Source: a virus. Taken from it: a stretch of DNA of 37,480 nucleotides. Shown in pieces: positions 25,100-32,911 of the stretch. The DNA lies in the IMG/VR virus record IMGVR_UViG_3300050505_000174. One strand, written 5' to 3'. A model generated the notes under the pieces. The model saw nothing but the letters and a program-made list of their open reading frames with translations, had not been told where the DNA came from and ran no database searches. Made by a program: the position numbers and the translations under genes. Numbering within the stretch: the stretch's first letter is position 1; each line of letters begins with the position of its first letter.

Positions 25100-25118
25100 G
25101 GGGGGTGAAATACCCCCC
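25100..25118 (-). terminator. G6/C6 hairpin after the capsid/decoration genes
   Basis: GGGGGG-tgaaata-CCCCCC. On the minus strand it is followed by AATTTTAAT. Confidence 0.5.
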
Positions 25119-25131
25119 TAATATACTCTAA

Positions 25132-26133
25132 TTAAATGCCGTTGTAAGATTTACCAGCTACCCAGTAAATAACATCGCCATTTGATCCTACTGCTCCTTG
25201 AGCTCCTGCTCCAAGAGTCATACCGATCTCAGCAATATTAACTTCAGAATCACCTATAATATTAGTATTAGCGAAAATTGATTCTGCAGTATTCATACCC
25301 ACAGGAGTAACTTGTGGATAAGTGAATGCTGGATTAGCAGTCAATGGCCATGCAAATGCAGTGAAAGCACTTGTATCTACATCAACAGTAATAGTATTAG
25401 TTACACCATCAACATCAGCTTGACCAACAGCAACAATAGTAGCTTGAACTTCATTAAGTTCAGTCATACCAAATGCTGCTGCAGTTACGGTAGGGATAGT
25501 AAATCTAATGACTTGTCCTACGGTAAATGCATGAGTAACAGTGAGCGTTACAATTGCATTTGCCGCTTGAGAAATCTTAGAAATTACCCGAGTTGGTGGG
25601 TAGAAATAAGGGTTATATGGAATAACTCTATAGCTACCTGGACCAGCTGCAGCTACAATGGCTCTCATATAAGCTAAGTCAAAATGAGTTCCATCAATAA
25701 CTGAAATAGTAAAATCTAAACTACCAAGCTGTTGAGCTCCTGTAGTATTAAAGATTCTCACTACTTGACCGCTACTTAAAGCTGCCGTTGAAGCAACTAG
25801 TACGCGTGGAGGAGTAGCGTTAGAAATTGAAGTAAGTGCAACGCTTGGGCCAGGGGTATTGATAGAGCTATCAAATAAAGTAAAGCCTAGACCTGCAAAA
25901 GCATTACCATTTAAAACGTCAGTGGCATTAGTTTTGGTATATTTTATACCACCACCTGCAGGCATTCCACGTTGCCAATATGATTGAACTACTCTTCCTG
26001 GATTTTGTTGTGCAGCCATTTGGGTATAGTTATATACCCACATCCAATCAACATTGGATCTTAGAGGTATGTTTACTGCACCACCAGTTGAAACAAATGT
26101 ACCTTGATTAGTACCTGAAAAAACAACACTCAT
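25132..26133 (-). CDS. Capsid decoration/auxiliary head protein with two SH3-like repeats (333 aa)
   Basis: It lies directly after the MCP gene. Two copies of a pattern are present: VLVASTAALSSGQVVRIFNTTGAQQLGSLDFTISVIDGTHFDL and VTLTVTHAFTVGQVIRFTIPTVTAAAFGMTELNEVQATIVAV...VDVDTSAF. Confidence 0.55.
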   Translation of the reverse strand: MSVVFSGTNQGTFVSTGGAVNIPLRSNVDWMWVYNYTQMAAQQNPGRVVQSYWQRGMPAGGGIKYTKTNATDVLNGNAFAGLGFTLFDSSINTPGPSVALTSISNATPPRVLVASTAALSSGQVVRIFNTTGAQQLGSLDFTISVIDGTHFDLAYMRAIVAAAGPGSYRVIPYNPYFYPPTRVISKISQAANAIVTLTVTHAFTVGQVIRFTIPTVTAAAFGMTELNEVQATIVAVGQADVDGVTNTITVDVDTSAFTAFAWPLTANPAFTYPQVTPVGMNTAESIFANTNIIGDSEVNIAEIGMTLGAGAQGAVGSNGDVIYWVAGKSYNGI

Positions 26134-26142
26134 CGTATCTCC

Positions 26143-27093
26143 TTATGAATTTAATGTGCAAAGCATTTGTGAAATCCATAAGTCGTTGACTACACGGGTA
26201 ACTTCCGAGAAAGTTGCACCAATAGTAACGTTTTGATACAACGCATCAGAGAACTCAGGTCCACGGTATAGAATACGTGCAGAAAAGTTGTCTTGATATA
26301 CTGCAGCGTATGCTTCTAGACCACACACAAATACAGAATATACATCGTTACCCAATGCTGAAGCATGAGGACGAATAAGACCTTGACTTGAAACCATGAA
26401 TCTGACGTTATTTAGGGCGCCCCACTCTGCACCAACCTTAGCTGCTGATTGATTTGGATAATTCCACTTAGGTGTGAAATCATTCAAAGCATTCAAGTCT
26501 TTAACTAAGTTTGAGTGTCCCATTGCTAGAAAAGCATCACGAACAGGAGCGGTACCGAAACGTAACTCACCGATTTCACGATCAAGAATCATCCATGCAT
26601 CATTTGATAATAGACCTGTAGTAACTTCATCAATATCAGATACTGATAAGTTAGTTGGTCTATCACCATTGTTACCACCAGTACAGGTGTACTGTGTAGC
26701 TGATGCTGCCAAGGCATCTCGTGAAAGCTGATCTTCGGTCATTCTCATTGAAAGACCTAAGAGTTCAGAAACTTCCATCAAAACCATATCTTGGTTCTGT
26801 AGGAATACACGTTGGTTTATTGCTGTAAATTGACCATAAATGGATACTGTTGCATCGATGTCCACACGATTAAGAGGAACACCTGCAACAGGAACACCAT
26901 CAGGTGCAAGAGGTACAGGGAATGTAGGTAATCTATCATATCTACTCATACGCAGAGTAGTACCACCTTTAGCAGGCAAGTGTTTGACCGTAGCACCGAG
27001 TTTATGAATTAAACGGGGCGTACGGACGGCGAGTAGAACATCATCAGCCGTCTGTAACACTTCTGGTGGTAGATTATTAGGGCTATTTACCAT
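26143..27093 (-). CDS. Major capsid protein (HK97-fold type, 316 aa)
   Basis: It follows the scaffold gene. The pattern is capsid-like by eye: LRMSRYDRLP...APDGVPVAG..VDIDATVSIYGQFTAINQRV...LGLSMRMTEDQLSRDAL. The gene is visibly GC-richer, consistent with high expression, and has a structured leader upstream. Confidence 0.8.
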   Translation of the reverse strand: MVNSPNNLPPEVLQTADDVLLAVRTPRLIHKLGATVKHLPAKGGTTLRMSRYDRLPTFPVPLAPDGVPVAGVPLNRVDIDATVSIYGQFTAINQRVFLQNQDMVLMEVSELLGLSMRMTEDQLSRDALAASATQYTCTGGNNGDRPTNLSVSDIDEVTTGLLSNDAWMILDREIGELRFGTAPVRDAFLAMGHSNLVKDLNALNDFTPKWNYPNQSAAKVGAEWGALNNVRFMVSSQGLIRPHASALGNDVYSVFVCGLEAYAAVYQDNFSARILYRGPEFSDALYQNVTIGATFSEVTRVVNDLWISQMLCTLNS

Positions 27094-27129
27094 AGCAATC
27101 TCCAGAACAATAATATTTTATGTTATTTG

Positions 27130-27225
27130 GACTGGCTGGCGAGGCCTATACGCCTGGAGTTGGTGATGCTCCTTACACCCGTGACTGAGCGGCCGTCACT
27201 GATACGCTCAAGGGTAGTATAGGAT
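27130..27225 (-). ncRNA. GC-rich structured leader / candidate cis-regulatory RNA upstream of the capsid gene
   Basis: A 154-nt non-coding gap holds a GC-rich core. On the minus strand CCUAUAC (27223..27217) pairs with GUAUAGG (27151..27145). This helix encloses the hairpins GUGAC-9nt-GUCAC (27181-27199) and GGAG-9nt-CUCC (27156-27172). Confidence 0.4.
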
Positions 27226-27247
27226 AAGAAAATAAGATAAATCAAGT

Positions 27248-27565
27248 TTATATAGGGTACTGGGTATTATCTCTTATATATTGATACTCGTAATCATCTT
27301 CTATATCAGGAGAATTTCCATCAGCTCTTTTGGCAATTTCTTTTCCATCTTTGTCTTTGACTAAAATCCAAAGTACTTCTTTATCATCAAAGTAGGCAGT
27401 AGCTACTTCATCTCGAGGTATCATATGTTTATTTTTGAGATCTTGGACAAGTTTAATTTTTTCTTGATTGAGTTTAACAGTGTGTTCCTTGTTTATTCTT
27501 AACAGTGTAATAAAAACTAAAGCTATGAGGCACGCATTAAATATCATGACATTCCTCCTTCTCAT
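27248..27565 (-). CDS. N-terminally membrane-anchored protein (105 aa) between the scaffold and capsid genes
   Basis: MRRRNVMIFNACLIALVFITLLRI is a signal-anchor-like segment, followed by a charged soluble domain. Confidence 0.6.
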   Translation of the reverse strand: MRRRNVMIFNACLIALVFITLLRINKEHTVKLNQEKIKLVQDLKNKHMIPRDEVATAYFDDKEVLWILVKDKDGKEIAKRADGNSPDIEDDYEYQYIRDNTQYPI

Positions 27566-27586
27566 ATAGTTTCCTTCAGTGGATCA

Positions 27587-27628
27587 TTCCTGTGCCAGAA
27601 AAAAAGGAAAATCAAACTGGCACAGGAA
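27587..27628. other. 12-bp perfect hairpin after the scaffold gene
   Basis: TTCCTGTGCCAG (27587-27598) pairs with CTGGCACAGGAA (27617-27628) across an 18-nt loop. Confidence 0.6.
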
Positions 27629-27640
27629 AGTATGTGGTTT

Positions 27641-28351
27641 TTAACCTCGTTTAACTCTTTCCAGATATTCCAGAACTTGTTTTCGCCTTTCTTCTGTCAT
27701 TTCTCTTCTATCATAATCATTCAATTTAGATAAAGGAGTTTGTGGAGTCTGACCAGAATTACCAGGCGACGAGGGTTTAGACTTATTTTTATTAATCTTT
27801 TCTTCAGAGTCTTTCATACCTTTGGTATATATACCGTAATTTTTCATCATATTATACACCGTTTTAGATTTATTTTTAAGATTAGGGGATGACATTACTG
27901 ATTCGTAGTCTTCAGGATACAATCGAGCGAGTGTCTTTATATTATCATCAGTCACTACTTCATCGAAATCTTTAATATCCCTTAAAGCAGACTGCGCTTC
28001 ATAACGCTCAACTCTTTCGTGAAGTTCTTGCAGCCTACGCTCAGATTCTGAAAGCTTGGAAGTAATCTTAGAGGTATTCTTTTTAAAGTGTTTTACTTGA
28101 AGATAATCATCAGGATCAGCACTAAGATCATCGTCAACATTATCGTTACTTCCAGACGCCTGCGGCGCAGTGTTTGCGTATGCCGCTTTGGCCTCGAGTT
28201 CTTTAATCCTTCGCTCTGCAGAAATACGCGCCGCCTCTTCAGCTTCAAGCTTTTTCCTCATAGATATAATATTGGTTTCATAGTTCGATTTCTGTTCAAC
28301 TGGTTGTTCTTGAACCGTTTCTTGTACTACTTCTTGTGTTTGTTCTTCCAT
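27641..28351 (-). CDS. Scaffolding protein (236 aa)
   Basis: Acidic, Glu/Lys-rich coiled-coil composition. Position between portal and MCP. Confidence 0.6.
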   Translation of the reverse strand: MEEQTQEVVQETVQEQPVEQKSNYETNIISMRKKLEAEEAARISAERRIKELEAKAAYANTAPQASGSNDNVDDDLSADPDDYLQVKHFKKNTSKITSKLSESERRLQELHERVERYEAQSALRDIKDFDEVVTDDNIKTLARLYPEDYESVMSSPNLKNKSKTVYNMMKNYGIYTKGMKDSEEKINKNKSKPSSPGNSGQTPQTPLSKLNDYDRREMTEERRKQVLEYLERVKRG

Positions 28352-28359
28352 AGTTCTCC

Positions 28360-28851
28360 TTAATGTTCTTCTTTATGTTTTATTGATAAAGCAGCATCAG
28401 GCTTCTCGCCATTCTCTTTCTTAACCCACTTCAACAGCTCTCCCGTTTCCATTAATACCACAAATTGGCACAATCTTCGAGTTTCTTTGTTCTCATAATA
28501 GCGCTGTTTGTTATTAAGTATGTGATAATACTTTAACTTATCGGGAATAGTCCACAGGTATTCTATTGAATCTGAAGCATAATGGTACTTAAAAACGTCT
28601 TGTTTATAGACTGGCGTAGGACAAGATATCCTTGGCATAATAATTGATTCTGGTTGATTTTTTGAAGGATTGAAACGCTTTACTAAAACCATGTAGAAGT
28701 TTCTACCACTGTACTTCTGAGTCTTTTTAAGCATTTGAGACGCTTGAATCAAGTTTGTCCATAACTCTTTACCCCATTCTTTACTATACTCTCGCACATC
28801 ATCATCAAGTCCCATTGCTTGCAGATGTTTGATTGATATTTTGTTTGTCAT
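28360..28851 (-). CDS. Hypothetical head-module protein (163 aa)
   Basis: ORF track. GAGGAG Shine-Dalgarno upstream. Confidence 0.55.
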   Translation of the reverse strand: MTNKISIKHLQAMGLDDDVREYSKEWGKELWTNLIQASQMLKKTQKYSGRNFYMVLVKRFNPSKNQPESIIMPRISCPTPVYKQDVFKYHYASDSIEYLWTIPDKLKYYHILNNKQRYYENKETRRLCQFVVLMETGELLKWVKKENGEKPDAALSIKHKEEH

Positions 28852-28860
28852 GTTCTCCTC

Positions 28861-28904
28861 AAATAAAAAGCCCCAAGCTACCGTTATCGTAGTTATTTGG
28901 GGCC
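28861..28904 (-). terminator. Rho-independent terminator after the lysine-rich gene pair
   Basis: Minus strand reads GCCCCAA...CTAC-gataac-GGTAG..TTGGGGC followed by TTTTTATTT. Confidence 0.7.
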
Positions 28905-28926
28905 TATCAATATATCCGAGATTAAG

Positions 28927-29121
28927 CTATTTTTTCTTGCTTTTACCAGCTTCTGACAATGCGATTGCAACTGCCTGATCTCTTTTTTTAACCAGAGGGC
29001 CTTTTTTAGAGCCTGAGTGAAGCTTATGCTCTTTAAATTCGTGCATTACTTTTTCAACCTTACCTTTTGGTTTCATTTTATGCTTATGCTTCATTTTACA
29101 TGATTTCATGCAATATTTCAT
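28927..29121 (-). CDS. Small lysine-rich protein (64 aa), DUF6496-like
   Basis: KVMHEFKEHKLHSGSKKGPLVKKRDQAVAIALSEAGKS matches my recollection of the bacterial MHEFK-x-G-x-L-x-SG...R-x-QAIAIALSEA family. The family name is from memory and unverified. Confidence 0.6.
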   Translation of the reverse strand: MKYCMKSCKMKHKHKMKPKGKVEKVMHEFKEHKLHSGSKKGPLVKKRDQAVAIALSEAGKSKKK

Positions 29122-29312
29122 TTCTTTTTCCTTTTAGATAAACCTTTGAGAGTTTCTGCTAAACGTGCTCTTTTGCCCAACTTCCCTTTCTTCTTGGCAG
29201 CCTTTTTAAGCTTTGAAGCAGGAATCTTTTTACCTTTGGGTACATGTAGTTCTTCATGCAGAGCTCCCGGTTTCTTTATAGCAGACTGAATCCAGTTTTT
29301 CTTATGAGCCAT
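29118..29312 (-). CDS. Small lysine-rich protein (64 aa)
   Basis: KKPGALHEELHVPKGKKIPASKLKKAAKKKGKLGKRARLAETLK. About one third of residues are Lys/Arg. It is coupled to the next gene by an ATGA overlap. Confidence 0.6.
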   Translation of the reverse strand: MAHKKNWIQSAIKKPGALHEELHVPKGKKIPASKLKKAAKKKGKLGKRARLAETLKGLSKRKKK

Positions 29313-29399
29313 TTCAATCCTTAAAGTGCGTAACTATATGTCACGTACTGCTTTAAGGGGCACAGCCTTTTTTAACTGTACCCCCTCTAAAGTGAAGCC

Positions 29400-29549
29400 T
29401 TAACTCGTTGGTGAACTACCAATCTTCCATGACTCCTGTCTTTTCTCATTAGGAACTTTTTCGTTCTTTTGTCTGAGATCTTTAGGAGTATTGAGAAGCT
29501 TATAGTTTATCTTAGCCAACTTTCCGTATGGCCGCAACCATGCAGACAT
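29400..29549 (-). CDS. 49-aa basic ORF (below track cutoff)
   Basis: ATG 29549..29547 lies 2 nt after the upstream stop. Translation is MSAWLRPYGKLAKINYKLLNTPKDLRQKNEKVPNEKRQESWKIGSSPTS. Confidence 0.35.
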   Translation of the reverse strand: MSAWLRPYGKLAKINYKLLNTPKDLRQKNEKVPNEKRQESWKIGSSPTS

Positions 29550-29551
29550 GA

Positions 29552-29779
29552 CTAGAAATTTCTTGGTTTGGTCAAAGAGTTTATGTCTCTTTGATCTTCG
29601 TGCATAGTCTCTTCAACTAAATCATAAAGATCTTTAGGTCTGCCTGCTACAGTATTAGCTGCTTTTGACATATCAACTTCCTTCACGTGATAGCCGTAAG
29701 GCAATCCGCAAGGCTTTGACATGTCCTCATGCATGAGACCTCTGCCGTCATTCGGCATTTCGTATTTTCTTTTTGCCAT
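29552..29779 (-). CDS. Hypothetical protein (75 aa) downstream of portal
   Basis: ORF track. AAAGGG lies upstream of the ATG. Confidence 0.55.
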   Translation of the reverse strand: MAKRKYEMPNDGRGLMHEDMSKPCGLPYGYHVKEVDMSKAANTVAGRPKDLYDLVEETMHEDQRDINSLTKPRNF

Positions 29780-29823
29780 CGTGTGGCCCTTTCTAAGAAA
29801 CTGTAGTCTTTAAACTACAAGGT

Positions 29824-29851
29824 TTAAAAAATAACCTCTAACGTTAGAGGC
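29824..29851 (-). terminator. Terminator-like palindrome overlapping the portal stop codon
   Basis: CCTCTAACGTTAGAGG (29835-29850) is a perfect palindrome containing the portal TAA. On the minus strand it is followed by TTATTTTTTAAA. Confidence 0.55.
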
Positions 29852-31889
29852 CAACATCTTTATTACTTTCTGGATGTGGTTGTAATGATACTTCTTGCTG
29901 TTCTGAACCCTTCAATGCTTGAACCATCTCAATAAGTCGAGACAAGTGCTCAAGGTCCATTGTTTCAAGTTCTTTAAGTGCTTTAACTTTGTTGAGGGTT
30001 GCTTGTTCGTCATCTTTATTTGCTTCATGCAATTTCTGTATAGCCAAAGCTCTGTTCTCTTCAACTCGGGAAGTTCGTTCTGCATAGAGTCCCATATCGG
30101 CAGCTGCTCTAGCCTTGGACAATTGCGCACGAGCATCAAGTTCCTGCATCTGCACTTGCATTTGCATTTGTTGAGTTTGCTGTGCTTGTTGGGCTGCTTG
30201 CTGCATTTGTTGGAGCATTTTATCTTTATTCTGAAACGTAGCATCTTCAATCATTGCTTCATCTGGTATCTGTATTCCTGCTTTACGTAATTCAAGTTTC
30301 TGTGCAAATGCCATCTGTTTCTGTGTAATTGTGTTGAATCCTAACTCACAGGTAGATCTATATTTGCCAAACGCTTGGTTATAAAACAATGGTGCAGGAT
30401 CTTCACCCTCAAGAAGATCTTTAACTTTACCTATGGTGTAATTCTTTTGAGCTATTTCCATAGTAAGATCAGTAAGTCTACATTGTGCAGTATCCAGACG
30501 ATCAAAAATGGGCTGCATTGAAGTTAATCCTGCTCCCTGGCGCAAAGCACTTAAATAACCAGAAGCGTCGTCTTGGACTATTTTACCCATGTTTTCTTCA
30601 GAGATACCCGCACAGTTGTAGATCTCTTTATCAAAAGTCTCTTGCAGTGTGAAGAATGTAGGAGGAATATTAGGTGGTTGTATTTGCTGTATATCAGCGA
30701 TCTGTGCTTCACGTTTGACAGGTATAATTCGACCCTGGCCTGTTTGGAACAGATGTTTCACATCAACCGGCGCATTTTCCTTAAAGATCCAACCTGAATT
30801 GACTACTGACTCGCAATAATCGGCGGTAAGTATGACACGACGATTAAAGAGAATTTGAGGGTCTCGTAGGCCACGGTTCACGCCAAAGATTCTTTGATAC
30901 ATGTAGGGCATCTGTTTTACATAATACCCTACAAAGGCAGTGAATGGATAATCATCTATACCCAGAGGGTTAGGACCATCATAAAAGATTTCGTCTTGAA
31001 TTTGGATTGCAAGTCGAACGGTGGGCACCGTAACTTCTTGCAATCCGAGCTGTGGGTTTTCTGCAAGCATTAAATCTAAATCTATATTGTCTTGGTATGA
31101 GACATCAATGCATTGGCCTGTAGTCTTATCATACAGCTTTTTAGCCTTACGGTAATCACGATACCAATAACGATCAAATGCTACTCTGTTTCCTTGCGTA
31201 TAGGCAAATGCTTCTGGTTCGTATTGGAATCTACCGTCTCGAGCCATGCCTGTTGAATTTCCAGGTAACGACATTATGGCATCATAGTTCTCTGGAGGCA
31301 TGGCCGCAGCCGCTGCAGCATGAGTCATATATGAGCGTGTCATTATAAAGGAAGCATCTGATAATTTACTAATATCCCTAAAGTAGGGATCTATCATAAA
31401 CTCGTTATAGGCGTAGTGTTTGTACTTGATATCACCGTTCAAAGGATCATCGGTAAAATCTAAGTACGCTTCTATCAAGCTCATACCCGAAATGATCGGC
31501 CCAGCAAGGAAAGCCTCACTTATTAAATCATACACGTGTTCTTTGTTAAAGATGTTCAATATGATCTTTGTCCATTGATCAGCAGTTGCATTATCACCAT
31601 TCGATGAAGGAACTACCACCGAAGACTTACGGTTACGCATTTGGTAACCAGAGATCATATTATCAACAGGTAATACACGGTTAAAATAGTATGAATTATT
31701 AGAGTTAGTAACTATATTTTGATTAAGCTGCGCCATCAAGGAACTATCGCCTGCATACAAGCGCGTATCTATGTTACCTTGAGTCCAGAAAATAGACCAT
31801 AAAGAGATATTGTTATTATAATCATTGGTAATCTTCTGCTTGATTGCAGTATTATTACCCGGTAAAGTCTCAACAGAAGTTCTTACCAT
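29844..31889 (-). CDS. Portal protein (about 681 aa)
   Basis: Its size, its position after TerL and before the scaffold and MCP genes, and its long C-terminal Gln/Met-rich coiled coil (QQMQQAAQQAQQTQQMQMQVQMQELDARAQ) recall the P22-type portal barrel. The track ORF starts at TTG 31904. I prefer ATG 31889, which has GGAG upstream. Confidence 0.75.
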   Translation of the reverse strand: MVRTSVETLPGNNTAIKQKITNDYNNNISLWSIFWTQGNIDTRLYAGDSSLMAQLNQNIVTNSNNSYYFNRVLPVDNMISGYQMRNRKSSVVVPSSNGDNATADQWTKIILNIFNKEHVYDLISEAFLAGPIISGMSLIEAYLDFTDDPLNGDIKYKHYAYNEFMIDPYFRDISKLSDASFIMTRSYMTHAAAAAAMPPENYDAIMSLPGNSTGMARDGRFQYEPEAFAYTQGNRVAFDRYWYRDYRKAKKLYDKTTGQCIDVSYQDNIDLDLMLAENPQLGLQEVTVPTVRLAIQIQDEIFYDGPNPLGIDDYPFTAFVGYYVKQMPYMYQRIFGVNRGLRDPQILFNRRVILTADYCESVVNSGWIFKENAPVDVKHLFQTGQGRIIPVKREAQIADIQQIQPPNIPPTFFTLQETFDKEIYNCAGISEENMGKIVQDDASGYLSALRQGAGLTSMQPIFDRLDTAQCRLTDLTMEIAQKNYTIGKVKDLLEGEDPAPLFYNQAFGKYRSTCELGFNTITQKQMAFAQKLELRKAGIQIPDEAMIEDATFQNKDKMLQQMQQAAQQAQQTQQMQMQVQMQELDARAQLSKARAAADMGLYAERTSRVEENRALAIQKLHEANKDDEQATLNKVKALKELETMDLEHLSRLIEMVQALKGSEQQEVSLQPHPESNKDVGL

Positions 31890-31953
31890 AGACTCAGTCT
31901 CCAAAGTTTATTTTTTGGTCACAGTCTATGTCAGAAATGGGGTATAAAACAAG

Positions 31954-32169
31954 TTATTTGTTGAGAGTATTATTCCAAAGCCATTGTTTATTGAATTCGA
32001 AACTTTCTTCTTCGTATTTATCATAGCATGATTTACATACTACTGGTTCAGGCGAACATTCTTTATTTATAAAAATAGAATAATATCTCTGAATGAAGTC
32101 GGGTGCAACTCTAAAAGTACCATTGCATGTAGGACACTTGGGATCGGTCTTAGGGAAGTTGATGTTCAT
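31954..32169 (-). CDS. Zinc-ribbon protein of the CxxC[FY][ED]K family (71 aa)
   Basis: CPTCNG ... CKSCYDKYE. Confidence 0.6.
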   Translation of the reverse strand: MNINFPKTDPKCPTCNGTFRVAPDFIQRYYSIFINKECSPEPVVCKSCYDKYEEESFEFNKQWLWNNTLNK

Positions 32170-32172
32170 CTT

Positions 32173-32409
32173 TCATTCCTCCGGTTTTTCAATGATTGAA
32201 TAAAAGGTATACCTTCCAAGTATATGCTCATCAAACCATTCCAAGGTTCCGCATAAATCATCACCGCACCCAGTATGCCAAATTTGTTGTCCTTCGTTAG
32301 ACATGCCCCAGAAACTTAATATCTCGTAGTTATTTTCTTTTTCTAAAAAACAAATAAGTTTTTTATCTTTTGGTAAAACAGTACCACAATCAATTCTTAT
32401 CCAATTCAT
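32173..32409 (-). CDS. DUF551-like small protein (78 aa)
   Basis: MNWIRIDCGTVLPKDKKLICF... Preceded by the conserved junction motif. Confidence 0.6.
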   Translation of the reverse strand: MNWIRIDCGTVLPKDKKLICFLEKENNYEILSFWGMSNEGQQIWHTGCGDDLCGTLEWFDEHILGRYTFYSIIEKPEE

Positions 32410-32701
32410 CTATCGTACCTATATTTACTTTAGATCTCTTATAAAATTCTGTTTTTGCTCTATTAAGATTTATATGTGTAGTAAAATAAATTAAAATAAC
32501 ATATGAAATTAAACCTACTATAACTAAGTTAAGAATGCCGCTTATTAATAGGTTTATTTTTGTAGGTTCTTGGGTAAGTTTATTGCAGTAGTTATCATAT
32601 TTTTTTCCAGCACCACATTCTAAACAAATTGTATAATCGACTGGTACCGTGTTAATTCCACAACGAAGACAAATAAATTCTTTTTTAGATTATTCACTCA
32701 T
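32390..32701 (-). pseudogene. Zinc-ribbon plus transmembrane protein gene with disrupted initiation (nonsense-interrupted, recoded or assembly error)
   Basis: ATG 32701 (in the conserved junction motif), then AGT GAA, then TAA at 32692..32690. After that come 99 open codons with no ATG or GTG, and only a TTG six codons before the stop: SKKEFICLRCGINTVPVDYTICLECGAGKKYDNYCNKLTQEPTKINLLISGILNLVIVGLISYVILIYF... GTG 32697 in the +1 frame reads into A_AAA_AAG at 32686..32680. Confidence 0.55.
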
Positions 32702-32704
32702 CTA

Positions 32705-32896
32705 TCATACCTCTTTTATCAAAATAAATATTTGTCCCTTTAAGTATTCAATTATTATTTTAGATTCTTCTATTAGCTGATATCGCGCTGCATCATCATT
32801 ACAACAATCAATAGACCAATCTTCAAGACCTAAGACATATTTTTGTTGTTCGTTCAATAGTTTTTCAAGAAATAATATTTTTAATTCTTGGTTCAT
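32705..32896 (-). CDS. Hypothetical protein (63 aa)
   Basis: ORF track. Preceded by the conserved junction motif. Confidence 0.55.
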   Translation of the reverse strand: MNQELKILFLEKLLNEQQKYVLGLEDWSIDCCNDDAARYQLIEESKIIIEYLKGQIFILIKEV

Positions 32897-32911
32897 CTAT
32901 CATACCTTGCC

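Noticed and set aside
27181-27205. H-type pseudoknot in the capsid leader (GAGCG/CGCUC interleaved with GUGAC/GUCAC)
   Set aside because: The topology is right, but the loop that must cross the 5-bp stem is only 1 nt, which is sterically implausible. The pairings are more likely mutually exclusive alternatives.
29912-30290. Nested ORFs 29912..30250(-) and 29919..30290(+) inside the portal gene
   Set aside because: They fall in the Gln/Met-rich repetitive 3' region of the portal gene. The alternative frames stay open only because of the repeat composition (CAA/CAG/ATG strings), and no independent start signals are present.
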